Assembly: GCF_000406145.1 (NCBI RefSeq)
Contig: NZ_CM001976.1
Location: 163,186-195,185 of the forward strand
Length of the DNA stretch: 32,000 bases
Reading direction: 5' to 3'
From: Dickeya dadantii NCPPB 898
GTDB lineage: Bacteria > Pseudomonadota > Gammaproteobacteria > Enterobacterales > Enterobacteriaceae
The position numbers were made by a program, and so were the translations under genes. Positions within the stretch are counted from its first letter, which is position 1; each line of letters starts with the position of its first letter. The notes beneath the pieces were generated by a model. That model had not been told where the DNA came from. It worked only from the letters and a program-made list of their open reading frames with translations, and did no database searches. This document shows positions 1 to 10,738 of this stretch, piece by piece.

Positions 1-612
1 AACAGCTTCGTGATGGCGCTGGCGATCACCGTCGGCAAAATCAGCGTCTCGATGCTGTCGGCTTTCGCCATCGTCTATTTCCGTTTTCCGTGCCGCAACC
101 TGTTCTTCTGGATGATTTTCTCCACCCTGATGCTGCCGGTGGAAGTGCGAATTTTTCCGACGGTCGAGGTGATTTCCCATCTCAGCATGACCAACAGCTA
201 TGTCGGGTTGACGCTGCCGGTGATGGCGTCCGCCACCGCCACTTTTCTGTTCCGCCAGTTCTTCATGACGCTGCCGGACGAACTGCTGGAGGCGGCGCGT
301 ATCGACGGCGCCGGCCCGATGCGCTTTTTCTTCGACATGGTGCTGCCGTTGTCCAAAACCAATCTGGCGGCGCTGTTTGTCATCACCTTTATCTACGGTT
401 GGAACCAGTATCTGTGGCCGCTGTTGATCGTCAACGACCCCAATCTGGGCACGGCGGTAGCCGGGATTCAGAGCATGATCGCCACCGGCGACACCGCTAC
501 GCCCTGGCATCAGGTGATGGCGGCGATGCTGATGACGATGCTGCCGCCTCTGTTGATTGTGCTGCTGATGCAGCGCTGGTTTGTTCGCGGTCTGGTTGAT
601 AGTGAGAAATAA
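1..612 (+). CDS. ugpE: sn-glycerol-3-phosphate ABC transporter permease UgpE, C-terminal part (5' end upstream of window)
   Basis: Frame 1 is open from base 1 ([13 protein letters not shown]...). The sequence is a hydrophobic MalG/UgpE-type permease with the EAA-like loop [20 protein letters not shown]. ugpC and ugpQ follow, as in the ugpBAECQ operon. Confidence 0.9.
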   Translation, partial: NSFVMALAITVGKISVSMLSAFAIVYFRFPCRNLFFWMIFSTLMLPVEVRIFPTVEVISHLSMTNSYVGLTLPVMASATATFLFRQFFMTLPDELLEAARIDGAGPMRFFFDMVLPLSKTNLAALFVITFIYGWNQYLWPLLIVNDPNLGTAVAGIQSMIATGDTATPWHQVMAAMLMTMLPPLLIVLLMQRWFVRGLVDSEK

Positions 613-618
613 AATCTT

Positions 619-1691
<1,073 letters not shown>

Positions 1692-1695
<4 letters not shown>

Positions 1696-2441
1696 CCCCG
1701 AACTGGCCTTATCCCGCTATCGTCGCCCACCGCGGCGGCGGTTCTCTGGCACCGGAAAACACGCTGGCGGCGATTGATGTCGGCGCGCACCACGGTCACC
1801 GGATGATCGAGTTCGACGCCAAGCTGTCGCAGGACGGGCAGATTTTCCTGCTGCACGACGACACGCTTGAACGCACCAGCAACGGCTGGGGCGTGGCGGG
1901 TGACCTGCCGTGGGACAAACTGGTCGGGTTGGACGTCGGCAGTTGGTACAGCCGGCAGTTCCGCGGCGAGCGTCTGCCGCTGCTGTCTGAAGTGGCGAAG
2001 CGCTGCGCGCAGTATGGCATGGCGGCCAATATAGAGATCAAACCGACCACCGGCTGTGAGGATCAGACCGGCCGCGTGGTGGCGCTGGCCGCGCGCGCGC
2101 TGTGGCAGAACCATCCTGTCGCGCCGCTGCTGTCGTCGTTTTCGGTTGCGGCACTGGAAGCGGCGCAACAGGCCGCGCCGGAATTGCCGCGCGGTCTGCT
2201 GCTGGATGAGTGGGATGACGACTGGCGCACCCTGACCGCACGCCTTGGCTGCGTGTCGATTCACCTTAATCACCAACTGCTGGATGAGGCGCGCGTCAGG
2301 CTGCTGAAAGACGCCGGGCTGCGCATTCTGGTGTATACCGTCAATCAACCCGATCGCGCTCGCAACCTGTTGCTGTGGGGCGTTGACTGCATCTGTACGG
2401 ACCGGATAGATTTGATTGGACCGCAATTTAATGCGAGTTGA
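1692..2441 (+). CDS. ugpQ: glycerophosphodiester phosphodiesterase UgpQ
   Basis: The N-terminus [28 protein letters not shown]...[12 protein letters not shown] is the GDPD-family signature. The start overlaps the ugpC stop (ATGA at 1692-1695). Confidence 0.9.
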
Positions 2442-2498
2442 AATTAATGCTAATTAAACTTAGCGCCGGCTGAATGTCGTCTGTTCCGACAAACGCGC

Positions 2499-2527
2499 CA
2501 CGCCGGCCGATAACCGGCGTGTTTCGT
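2499..2527 (+). terminator. putative rho-independent terminator of the ugp operon
   Basis: The stem is CACGCCGG (2499-2506) / CCGGCGTG (2514-2521) with a 7-nt loop, followed by TTTCGTC. It lies 58 nt after the ugpQ stop. Confidence 0.5.
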
Positions 2528-2646
2528 CAGGCGTTTCCTGTATGACCTTGGGCCGTTCGGCCCGCTCCCGACGGGGCTTTGCCCCGCCGCCGTGACAAGC
2601 CATCAGCCTTCGCCCGGTGATCTGCGCGTTTTTTTAAGGAAGGGCG

Positions 2647-3603
2647 ATGCCCACGTTTATTCTTTCTCTCTGGCACCAGATTTTTCTTTCATTGCCGCTG
2701 TTTGTGTTGATTGCGTTGGGGTATGCCCTGATCCGCTTTGGCCGCTGGCCGTCCACGGTGACCGATGCGCTGACCAAATTCGTGTTTTCAGTGGCGTTGC
2801 CCGCCATGCTGTTCCGTATGATGTGCGATTTCTCCAAACGGCCGGCGGTGGACGCCCGGCTGCTGATCGCCTTCTTTGGCAGCTGTCTCATCGTGTTCGT
2901 GCTTGGTCGGATTGTCGCCAGCCGGGTGTTTCGGCTGGATGGCGTCTCCGGTTCGGTGTTCTCGCTCAGCGGGATTTTCTCCAACAACGTGATGCTTGGT
3001 CTGCCGATCGCCACCCTGATGCTCGGCCCGCAGGCGATTCCGTCCGTGGCGCTGGTGCTGGTGTTCAACGGCCTGATTCTGTGGACGCTGGTCACCGTCT
3101 CGGTAGAGTGGGCGCGCAACGGTTCGCTGTCGATGCAGGGGTTCACCAAAACCGCGCTCGGCGTGCTGAAAAACCCGCTGATCATCGGCATTCTGTCCGG
3201 TACGTTTTACAGCCTCACCGGGCTGCCGCTGCCGGATAGCATCGATAAGCCTATCGGTATGCTGAGCCAGATCGGCGTGCCGCTGTCGCTGGTGGCGCTG
3301 GGCATGGGGCTGGCGGAATACCGTATTCGCGACGGTTGGCAAATCAGCGTCGCTATTTGTCTCATCAAGCTGGTGGTGCAGCCGTTGGTGGTGTGGGTGC
3401 TGGCGGTCGCGCTGGGCCTGCCGGAGATGGAAACACGGGTGGTGGTGCTGCTGGGATCGATGGCGGTGGGCGTCAATATTTACCTGATGTCACGGCAATT
3501 CAATGTGTTGGGCGGCCCGGTCGCCGCCAGCCTGTTGATGTCGACCGCGCTGGCGGCGGTTACCACGCCGCTGATTCTGACGCTGATGGGCGTGAGGGTA
3601 TAG
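2647..3603 (+). CDS. AEC (auxin efflux carrier) family membrane transporter
   Basis: A 318-aa polytopic membrane protein with an N-terminus typical of AEC/MdcF-like permeases (FLSLPLFVLIALGYALIRFGRWP). It has about 10 hydrophobic segments. The overlapping ORFs 2592..3239 and 2634..3191 look like shadow frames. Confidence 0.8.
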   Translation: MPTFILSLWHQIFLSLPLFVLIALGYALIRFGRWPSTVTDALTKFVFSVALPAMLFRMMCDFSKRPAVDARLLIAFFGSCLIVFVLGRIVASRVFRLDGVSGSVFSLSGIFSNNVMLGLPIATLMLGPQAIPSVALVLVFNGLILWTLVTVSVEWARNGSLSMQGFTKTALGVLKNPLIIGILSGTFYSLTGLPLPDSIDKPIGMLSQIGVPLSLVALGMGLAEYRIRDGWQISVAICLIKLVVQPLVVWVLAVALGLPEMETRVVVLLGSMAVGVNIYLMSRQFNVLGGPVAASLLMSTALAAVTTPLILTLMGVRV

Positions 3604-3676
3604 CCTATCCAAACCCCGTCAGCCCTTGCTCCATGACTGAGGGGCATAAGCCAGACGTTCGGCGACAGTCGCTAAA

Positions 3677-3961
3677 TCAGTAACTTCGGTTGGTATTGCC
3701 CGGCGCGGATTGCTGGATGCGCTGGCGATTCTGTTCCAGTTGCTGTTGTAACTGGCGCTGTTGTTCACGGCTGCGCTGCTGGATGTCGCTATTCAGTTGC
3801 TGTTGTTGCAGCGCCTGGTTTTGCTGCATGTCCTGCAATAGCCGCTTCTGGCTGCTGATGCCGTTTTCAAACTGTTGCTGCTGGGGCGATATCTGCTGTG
3901 TGGCGGCCTGCGCCAGTAAAGGCAGGCTCAGGAGCAACATCAGGGGAGATATTATTTTCAT
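3677..3961 (-). CDS. small secreted Gln-rich protein, YhhA/DUF2756-like
   Basis: Signal peptide MKIISPLMLLLSLPLLAQA followed by Q-rich coiled-coil-like repeats. A GGAGGA RBS sits 4-5 nt upstream of the ATG (ccGGAGGAatcATG on the minus strand). E. coli yhhA, a similar Q-rich periplasmic protein, also neighbours ugpQ. The family name is from memory. Confidence 0.6.
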   Translation of the reverse strand: MKIISPLMLLLSLPLLAQAATQQISPQQQQFENGISSQKRLLQDMQQNQALQQQQLNSDIQQRSREQQRQLQQQLEQNRQRIQQSAPGNTNRSY

Positions 3962-4131
3962 GATTCCTCCGGGGAAACGGCTGTCGGATATGGCTTTATT
4001 CTAGCGGTTAATCGGGGCGTCGTCCCGGCCTGCGTCCACACATCGGATGATTCGCAGCGCCGACCGTGGCTGGGGCGCGGGGGCGGAATAGGCTATACTG
4101 GCGCCCACCTTTTTTCGTACCTGACCTTATC

Positions 4132-4596
4132 ATGTTTCATATCGCGCTCTATGAGCCACAGATTGCGCCCAACACCGGCAATATTATCCGTCTGGCGGCC
4201 AACAATGGCTGTTCGTTGCACTTGATCGAGCCGCTGGGCTTCGATTTCGAGGAAAAAAAGCTGCGCCGCGCCGGGCTGGACTATCACGATCTGGCGAGCG
4301 TCAGCCGTCATCGCAACTATCAGGATTTTCTGCAGGCGGTGGCGGGGCGTCGGATTTTCGCCTGCACCACCAAAGGCAGCCGCCCTTACGACGAACCCGA
4401 CTACCAGCCGGGCGATGTGTTGCTGTTCGGCTCTGAAACCGCTGGTCTGCCGGATGATATTCGCAACGGCTTCGCGCCGGAATGCCGTATCCGCATCCCG
4501 ATGGAGCCCAACTGCCGCAGTTTGAATCTGTCCAACTCGGTGGCGATCATCAGTTACGAGGCCTGGCGGCAGAATGGATTCGGCGGCCGGCGCTGA
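4132..4596 (+). CDS. trmL: tRNA (cytidine/uridine-2'-O-)-methyltransferase TrmL (SpoU/TrmH family)
   Basis: [37 protein letters not shown]...RRAGLDYH...FGSETAGLP...[22 protein letters not shown] matches E. coli TrmL (YibK) end to end. I used ATG 4132 rather than the upstream GTG 4066 of the track. Confidence 0.9.
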   Translation: MFHIALYEPQIAPNTGNIIRLAANNGCSLHLIEPLGFDFEEKKLRRAGLDYHDLASVSRHRNYQDFLQAVAGRRIFACTTKGSRPYDEPDYQPGDVLLFGSETAGLPDDIRNGFAPECRIRIPMEPNCRSLNLSNSVAIISYEAWRQNGFGGRR

Positions 4597-4650
4597 CGCG
4601 CCACGCCTGTCATGATCAACCCATCGGAACGACCAACAGGAGAGCATGTG

Positions 4651-5223
4651 ATGACCCGTTCGATACCTGCTTCTGCGCTGCGACGCACCCTGATCATGGG
4701 CAACAGCGGTTCGGGAAAGAGCTGGCTGGCGGAACAACTGGCGGCCCGGCTACAGGCTCCCGCCATCGACCTGGATCTGATCAACTGGGAACCGGGCGGC
4801 TATGGCAAAGCGCGCGAGCGGGAGCTGGTTAAAGCCGAAGCACGGGAACTGGCGCAGGCCGAATGCTGGATCATGGAAGGGGTTTACGGCTGGTTGATGC
4901 AGGAAGTGGTGCAGCAGGCTACGGCGTTGATCTGGCTGGATATTCCGGTGGATGAATGCCTGAACAATATTCGTCAGCGCGGGCTGCGCCGGGGCGGCGA
5001 TGAAGCGGCGTTGGCCGAGTTGCTGCGCTGGGCGGGCGAGTACCGGGAGCGCCAGAGCAACAGTTCGTTCAGCGGGCATCAGCGGGTGTTTGAGCAGTGC
5101 GTTCCAGAGGCACCATCGCAGCGCATGGTGGTGTCACAGCGCATGGTGGTACCACAGCGCATAATGCTGCACAGCCGTGAGGACATCGAGCGTTTTATGG
5201 CCGGGATTTTGTCGGACGACTGA
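4651..5223 (+). CDS. P-loop NTPase, adenylate-kinase/topology-modulation (FlaR)-like
   Basis: Walker A GNSGSGKS is near the N-terminus. An AGGAGA RBS (4638-4643) lies 7 nt before ATG 4651; the track ORF starts further upstream at 4612. The C-terminus carries an in-frame tandem repeat (SQRMVV SQRMVV PQR). Confidence 0.6.
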   Translation: MTRSIPASALRRTLIMGNSGSGKSWLAEQLAARLQAPAIDLDLINWEPGGYGKARERELVKAEARELAQAECWIMEGVYGWLMQEVVQQATALIWLDIPVDECLNNIRQRGLRRGGDEAALAELLRWAGEYRERQSNSSFSGHQRVFEQCVPEAPSQRMVVSQRMVVPQRIMLHSREDIERFMAGILSDD

Positions 5224-5258
5224 CCATCCGGCGCACGGCATCACGCTGTTGCAGAGCA

Positions 5259-6032
5259 TTAACGTTGTTGCAGGATGGGGGAGCGGCGTGCCGCTATCGG
5301 ATTGAGCAGGAACACCACCTCGCCCCGGTAGAACGGCGACGCCGCCAGCCGCCGCTGCCACCGTTCATCCCACTTACCGTGTTGCACCAGCCCGAGACGA
5401 AACGGCAGCGTCAGGTTCATTAGCGCCGGCAGATACGCGGCGTAATTTTCCACCGTACGCCGCCCCTGATAAGTCTGCACCACCAGTTCATCCACTACCC
5501 CATCCAGACGATTGAGTTGCCGGACGTCGCCGGTTTTAGCCCAGTCCAGCAGCCCGGTAACGCTCAGACGACAGTCGGGCGGCAACCGTTGGCGGAGCAT
5601 TTGCAGAAAGGCGACATAGTGCGACAGGTGGTAGCTTTTGGCGTCGAAATCGATCTGGATGCCGTCGACCCGGTTGCCGGCGGCGGCCCAGCGCTGCCGC
5701 AGTTGCAGCAGGCGCCGTAGTTCCGGTTCGCCAAGGCGCAGTTCGGAAACCCGAAACGACAGCCAGAGATGCCTGACCGGCAGCGCGCTGACCGGGATCC
5801 CCTGGCGCAGAAACACGACCTGGCCGCCGCGACGGGCGATTTCCCCCTGATGCAGGTAAAGCGTATCGGCCTGAGACAGCACCGGTTGCGGTTGCACTGC
5901 CGCCCACAGCCAGAAGGCGTGATAGCGGGCGGCGTTAACGGTGGCGCTGTGCGCCGTAACGCTCAGGCACAACAGGCTCGTCAGTACAACGGTATAACGG
6001 ACTACCAGTAGTATTTGAGCTGTCGCGCCCAT
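5259..6032 (-). CDS. secreted protein, DUF3142-like
   Basis: Signal-peptide-like N-terminus (VVLTSLLCLSVTAHSA). The motifs YHAFWLWAAV...LYLHQGEI resemble what I recall of the DUF3142 family. The start overlaps the upstream 733-aa gene by 31 nt. Confidence 0.55.
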   Translation of the reverse strand: MGATAQILLVVRYTVVLTSLLCLSVTAHSATVNAARYHAFWLWAAVQPQPVLSQADTLYLHQGEIARRGGQVVFLRQGIPVSALPVRHLWLSFRVSELRLGEPELRRLLQLRQRWAAAGNRVDGIQIDFDAKSYHLSHYVAFLQMLRQRLPPDCRLSVTGLLDWAKTGDVRQLNRLDGVVDELVVQTYQGRRTVENYAAYLPALMNLTLPFRLGLVQHGKWDERWQRRLAASPFYRGEVVFLLNPIAARRSPILQQR

Positions 6033-8203
6033 TGGCTGCCTTTAAAGTCCGCTTTGAGCTGCCGGAACCACGCCTTGCGCGTTTCCTTGCTGATATCCTG
6101 CGAACCGCAGTCGTTGTAACCGCTTGGCGCATAACAGTAGATGGCGCGGTAAAGCGCGTAACTCTTGTCTTCCGGCGGAGCTTTCGCGTCGGCGATCACT
6201 TGCATGTAGTTGTCGAGGCGATTGGATTCCTTGCCCGGATAGTAGGAGGCGGCATCCGTCAGGCCGTTGAGCATATTGCTTTCGCCCCAGTCGAATCCGA
6301 CGCCGTTGCCGGTACGCAGGACGAACTCGCCCAGACAGTTGAGGGCGTGGGCGTCATTGGCGTTCTGGTTCAGCGTCGTGACCGTTTCCTGAAGGGTTGG
6401 GCATTCATACCCCTCTTCGGTGTCGCTGCCGTCCCAACCGAATACGGTCAGGTCTTCCTCGTTCCAGCTCATGTTCTCAGTGCTGTTCAGCGGCGCGATG
6501 GTTTTCAGCAATGCGCTGTCTTTGAGAAAACCGGCGTAATCGCGGTGCGTCAGCTGTTTGGTCAGTAATGTGTGCAAGGCGATGGCGCGTTCTTCATGCG
6601 TTTGCTGAGGGCCGGTCTGCCGGTGCAACAGATCGGCATCGGCGCTGACTTTCAGTATGGCGGAGCGAAAACGCAGGTTTTTGACCGGGCTTTCCGGCGT
6701 GAAGACCCGTCCCGGCTGGCCGCTGTCCACCAGCGTTTGCGCCAGCATCAGTTGCAGGAACTGTTGCTGGGTATAGGTGGTTTTCAACATCAGCAGATGG
6801 CGCCAGTGCGCTTCCGCGTCGTCCCACTGTTTTTGCCGTTGCATCGCTAGCCCGCGCAGTACCTGACTGCTGAAGGCGGTGACGTTGGTGATGTCTTCCG
6901 CCGTCGTCATCGGCAGGGTTTTCAACACCGCGGCATAGTCCCGCTGCTGATAATACTGAAACGCCGCCTGCAGATAGCGAAACTCTTCCTGCATACCCGC
7001 TTTTTCAAACAACGGTTGCTGACGGGTGATTTCCTCCTGCGTCAGGGCAGGTAGCGTCATCCAGCCGTCAGGGCTGCGCAGGCGTTTGATGTCCTGTACC
7101 AGCATCAGGATCGGCGTATCGGCCGAGCTCACAAACTGGTTGTCTTCCAGTAGCTTGTTGTCGATTTCATTGCCGATGGCTTGCAACTGATCCACGCTTT
7201 TGGCGGATGCCAGCACCTGGCTAAAGTGACTGGCTAACGCGACGGTGTCGCCGCTGATCCACTCGGCACGACGGTACAGGCCTTCGGCCGAGTCGGCGTA
7301 TTTTCCCCGCGGATACTGCTTCAGGTACTCATCGACACGCTGAGCCGCCTGTTTCCCGGCGGCCTTGTCCATCTTGCGAGGGTCGAACATGTTGTATTCG
7401 TCCTGCGCGTCTTTCATCGCCTGATTAATCGATACCCGAATCAGCATATAACGGGCGGTTTCCGCCACCCACGGCTGGCTGGCCGACAACAACTGCTGGA
7501 AGCCTTTGTCCGCTTGATCCAACTGCCCTTCATAAAATGCCACCGCGCTGGCGAGGTAGCGGCGCAGCTCGCCGGCGTGGCCTGCGTCCGGTACGCCGGC
7601 GAGATCGGTATTGGCGTCGCTGACGCCGTATTCGCTGGACAGTATTCTCATCCGCACCAACGCTAATTGGGTGCGCTGGGCATCGTTGAGTTCCTTGTCC
7701 GCCAGCAGCAGATCGAAAAAGCTCTCCAGCGTGGTGAGATCGTTGGAAACCCAGCGTCCGTCCAGATCAACCGGCGTCAGGTCGCGCAGCTTGCCCAGTT
7801 CGGCATCCGGAAAATGCAACTGGGTGGCTTTTTGCAGCAGCGAGGTGTTCTCCTCGTCGGCTTTGTCGTCTGAAGGCGCGCTGGGGTCGGCCGGCGTGTC
7901 GGTTTTCGCGCTGGCGCTGTTATCTTCGGTGGCGGCCAGCCCCATCACACGGTAAGCGGTGAACGGGTCGACGCGGGAACGGGTTTGGTCCGGCTCCGGC
8001 TGGGGGATCGGCAGAGGAATATGATTACGGCTGCTTTGCAGCAGCACCAGATTAGTGCGGGTGTCGTTATCCGGCAGAAGGTAGGGAAGCGCGGGCATAC
8101 CGCAATCGGCATCGGAAAAACCGCATACGCCATCGCCGGAAGCGTATGCCGGCATCTGTACCAGCGTAGCGATGAATCCAGCCAGTAAGGCTAATCCTTT
8201 CAT
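6002..8203 (-). CDS. large secreted protein of unknown function (TPR-like helical segments, Cys-rich termini)
   Basis: A 733-aa uninterrupted ORF with the signal peptide MKGLALLAGFIATLVQMPAYA and an acidic low-complexity linker. One segment resembles YbgF/BamD-type TPR (EYLKQYPRGKYADSAEGLYRRAEW). I recognise no catalytic motif. Confidence 0.7.
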   Translation of the reverse strand: MKGLALLAGFIATLVQMPAYASGDGVCGFSDADCGMPALPYLLPDNDTRTNLVLLQSSRNHIPLPIPQPEPDQTRSRVDPFTAYRVMGLAATEDNSASAKTDTPADPSAPSDDKADEENTSLLQKATQLHFPDAELGKLRDLTPVDLDGRWVSNDLTTLESFFDLLLADKELNDAQRTQLALVRMRILSSEYGVSDANTDLAGVPDAGHAGELRRYLASAVAFYEGQLDQADKGFQQLLSASQPWVAETARYMLIRVSINQAMKDAQDEYNMFDPRKMDKAAGKQAAQRVDEYLKQYPRGKYADSAEGLYRRAEWISGDTVALASHFSQVLASAKSVDQLQAIGNEIDNKLLEDNQFVSSADTPILMLVQDIKRLRSPDGWMTLPALTQEEITRQQPLFEKAGMQEEFRYLQAAFQYYQQRDYAAVLKTLPMTTAEDITNVTAFSSQVLRGLAMQRQKQWDDAEAHWRHLLMLKTTYTQQQFLQLMLAQTLVDSGQPGRVFTPESPVKNLRFRSAILKVSADADLLHRQTGPQQTHEERAIALHTLLTKQLTHRDYAGFLKDSALLKTIAPLNSTENMSWNEEDLTVFGWDGSDTEEGYECPTLQETVTTLNQNANDAHALNCLGEFVLRTGNGVGFDWGESNMLNGLTDAASYYPGKESNRLDNYMQVIADAKAPPEDKSYALYRAIYCYAPSGYNDCGSQDISKETRKAWFRQLKADFKGSQWARQLKYYW

Positions 8204-8439
8204 GTCCTTTTCCTGTGCAGTGTGTCAGGCAACATCAAGAACTTATTCCATCAGGCATGTGCAGGTTCATGCATGACTGAAGGGATAATTTCTTTTGCCG
8301 GCGAGGCTGCGCGCACGATTTCTCGCGGCCATTCGCCCTGCGGCACAGGTTCACACTCTACCCGAGCAGGGAAAAAACTCAATCGGTTGACGGCATGGAT
8401 GTGACGGCGGGCGCGGAGGGCCGCGCCCGAAAAGACAGA

Positions 8440-9813
8440 CTATCTGCGTTGATAGAGCGGCAGCCAGAGCGTGAGCTGCAAACCGCCCAGCGGGCTTTCA
8501 TCGGCTTTGGCCCAGCCCCGATGCTGGGAAATGGCGGTTTCGACTATCGCCAGCCCCAGACCGGTACCGCCGGACTCGCGATCGCGCGCTTCATCCGTGC
8601 GATAGAACGGCCGGAAAATCTGCTCCCGATCCTCCGGGCTGACGCCGGGGCCATCGTCGCCAACGACAATGGTGACGCCCTGCGCATCGACCGAGAATGA
8701 CACGGCGATACGGCTGTGCGAGTAACGCAGCGCATTGCGCACCACGTTTTCCAGCGCACTGTCGAGCGCGGTTGGGTTGCCGAACAACGGCCAGGGGCCC
8801 GGAGGGGATAACACCTCCAGCGTCTTACCCATCTGCTCAGCTTCAAAGCGCGCGTCGTCCAGCACATCGTTCCACAGTTCATCCGCCTGTAGTTCTTCCC
8901 GCGATAGCTCATGTTTGTGCTGGTTGCGCGACAGCACCAGCAGGTCGTTGATCATGCCGTCGAGCCGTTGGGTTTCGGTTTCGATGCGGTTCAGTTCGTT
9001 GCCTTCGCCCTGACGGCGGCGTAATAGCGCGGTCGCCAGTTGCAGACGGGTCAGCGGGGTGCGCAGCTCATGGGAAATGTCGGACAACAGACGCTGCTGC
9101 GCCGTCACCATCCGCTCCAGCGCGCTCACCATCTGGTTAAAGCTGGAGCCGGTCGCCCGGAATTCCTGCGGGCCGGACTCCAATTCCGGATGTTGTTTCA
9201 GGTTACCGCGCGCCACTTCGTCGGCGGCGTTTTTCAGCTTGCGTGCCGGTTTCGCCAGACTCCAGGCCAGCCACAACAACAGCGGCGAGCTGGTAAGCAT
9301 GGTGACGATCAGCAGCAACAGCGGACGGTCGAACAGCAGGTTGATAAAATCGGATTGCGGACTGCTGGCGGGGCGCAGCATGTACATCAGGTAGCTGTCT
9401 TCGCCGTCGCGTACGGAAAATGGCCCCAGCAATTCCAGCCGGCCGTATTTTTTCTTCTGCGGGAAATCGGCGCTGTCGGATTGGCCGATGAAGTTACGCA
9501 CCATTTGCATTTCATTGCGCTGGGCGCCAATTACGCGCCCTTCGCTGGTAACCAGCAGCAGGCGTTGGCCGGGCGGCGCCCATTTTTCGATGACGCGAAA
9601 CAGACGCCGCCACCATAACAAATCGTTGGCCGGGTCGCTCGCCAGCTCGGCTTCAATGTGCTGCTCCAGCATCAGCCCCTGCCGTTGTTCGTTTTCCAGC
9701 AAGGGCGTGAGCTGCCGGGAGTCCAGCTTGGGCAACATCAGCACCAGCATCAGCACCAGTGCCAGCGTCAGCCAGAAAATGGCGAAGATTCGGGCGGTAA
9801 GACTGTTGATCAT
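8440..9813 (-). CDS. cpxA: envelope-stress sensor histidine kinase CpxA
   Basis: MINSLTARIFAIFWLTLALVLMLVLMLPKLDSRQ..., the H-box SDISHELRTPLTRL and the G-box GGTGLGLAIV are near-collinear with E. coli CpxA. Confidence 0.95.
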   Translation of the reverse strand: MINSLTARIFAIFWLTLALVLMLVLMLPKLDSRQLTPLLENEQRQGLMLEQHIEAELASDPANDLLWWRRLFRVIEKWAPPGQRLLLVTSEGRVIGAQRNEMQMVRNFIGQSDSADFPQKKKYGRLELLGPFSVRDGEDSYLMYMLRPASSPQSDFINLLFDRPLLLLIVTMLTSSPLLLWLAWSLAKPARKLKNAADEVARGNLKQHPELESGPQEFRATGSSFNQMVSALERMVTAQQRLLSDISHELRTPLTRLQLATALLRRRQGEGNELNRIETETQRLDGMINDLLVLSRNQHKHELSREELQADELWNDVLDDARFEAEQMGKTLEVLSPPGPWPLFGNPTALDSALENVVRNALRYSHSRIAVSFSVDAQGVTIVVGDDGPGVSPEDREQIFRPFYRTDEARDRESGGTGLGLAIVETAISQHRGWAKADESPLGGLQLTLWLPLYQRR

Positions 9814-9829
9814 ACAGCGGCAACCCGAA

Positions 9830-10528
9830 TCATGCGGTGGAAACCATCAGATATCCTCTGCCGCGCAAGGTTTTAAACCAGGGCAGCCCATCCTTGCGCT
9901 CAGGTAATTTGCGCCGCAGGTTGGAGATATGCATGTCGATGGCGCGATCGAACGGCGTCAGGCGCTTGCCCAGCACTTCCTGGCTGAGGTGTTCGCGCGA
10001 TACCACCTGACCCAGACGCTGCGCCAGCAGATAGAGCAGCGTGAATTCGGTGCCGGTCAGATCCAGCACCTCATCGTCGAAGCTGGCTTCCTGACGGCCC
10101 GGATTAAGCCGCAGTGCATCCACCTCGATAGTCGGTGCGCTGGCTTCGCCTGCCTGTTGTTGGTCGGTCCAGTTGGAGCGACGCAGAATGGCGCGGATAC
10201 GGGCGACCAGCTCGCGATCGTTGAAGGGTTTAGGCAGATAGTCATCCGCGCCTAACTCCAGGCCGAGCACGCGGTCCAGCTCGCTGCCGCGGGCGGTAAG
10301 CATGATCACCGGCGTCTGGTAGCGCTGACGCACTTCCTTGAGTGTATCGATGCCGTTTTTCTTCGGCATCATGATATCCAGCAATAACAGGTCAACCGAA
10401 TCATCCAGCACGCTTAACGCCTGTTCGCCGTCATGGGCGACAACGACGTTAAAGCCTTCCATTTCGAGCAATTCCCGCAACAGGGATGTCAGCTCGCGAT
10501 CGTCATCAACCAACAGGATTTTATTCAT
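9830..10528 (-). CDS. cpxR: response regulator CpxR (OmpR family)
   Basis: MNKILLVDDDRELTSLLRELLEMEGFNV...DLLLLDIMMPKKNGIDTLK... and the winged-helix C-terminus are almost identical to E. coli CpxR. Confidence 0.95.
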   Translation of the reverse strand: MNKILLVDDDRELTSLLRELLEMEGFNVVVAHDGEQALSVLDDSVDLLLLDIMMPKKNGIDTLKEVRQRYQTPVIMLTARGSELDRVLGLELGADDYLPKPFNDRELVARIRAILRRSNWTDQQQAGEASAPTIEVDALRLNPGRQEASFDDEVLDLTGTEFTLLYLLAQRLGQVVSREHLSQEVLGKRLTPFDRAIDMHISNLRRKLPERKDGLPWFKTLRGRGYLMVSTA

Positions 10529-10582
10529 GATTTACCTACCTCCACGGGCAAAATACGTCATAGATCGCCGTTATTCCATGAC

Positions 10583-10597
10583 TTTACGTAGTTTTAC
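10583..10597. promoter_or_regulatory. CpxR box (GTAAA-N5-GTAAA on the minus strand)
   Basis: The plus strand reads TTTAC GTAGT TTTAC, which is a perfect GTAAA-N5-GTAAA tandem on the complement. It lies in the divergent cpxR/cpxP intergenic region, where CpxR-P autoregulates and activates cpxP. Confidence 0.6.
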
Positions 10598-10738
10598 ATC
10601 GTCTGACGCATGTTTGCAGCAAGGCAATTAGACTAAGTCCATCGATTCGCCAAACAGTACACGTCACACCGTACGCAAACACAAGACGTACGTGAGTACA
10701 GTATGTGAATACAGTATGTGAACACAAAGGAGTCATTG

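Noticed and set aside
2550-2586. Two GC-rich hairpins (GGGCCGTTCGGCCC and CGGGGCTTTGCCCCG) between ugpQ and the AEC transporter gene.
   Set aside because: They are most simply extra terminator or REP-like stem-loops in an intergenic region. Nothing suggests a riboswitch or RNA gene.
3690-4004. A 104-aa Cys/Trp-rich plus-strand ORF.
   Set aside because: It is the antisense of the CAG-rich (Gln-rich) secreted-protein gene, which has a signal peptide and a strong RBS. The Cys richness is simply the complement of the Gln codons.
4066-4131. An upstream GTG extension of trmL (the 176-aa track ORF).
   Set aside because: Homology to TrmL begins exactly at MFHIALYEP (ATG 4132), and the extension is Arg/Pro-rich with no counterpart.
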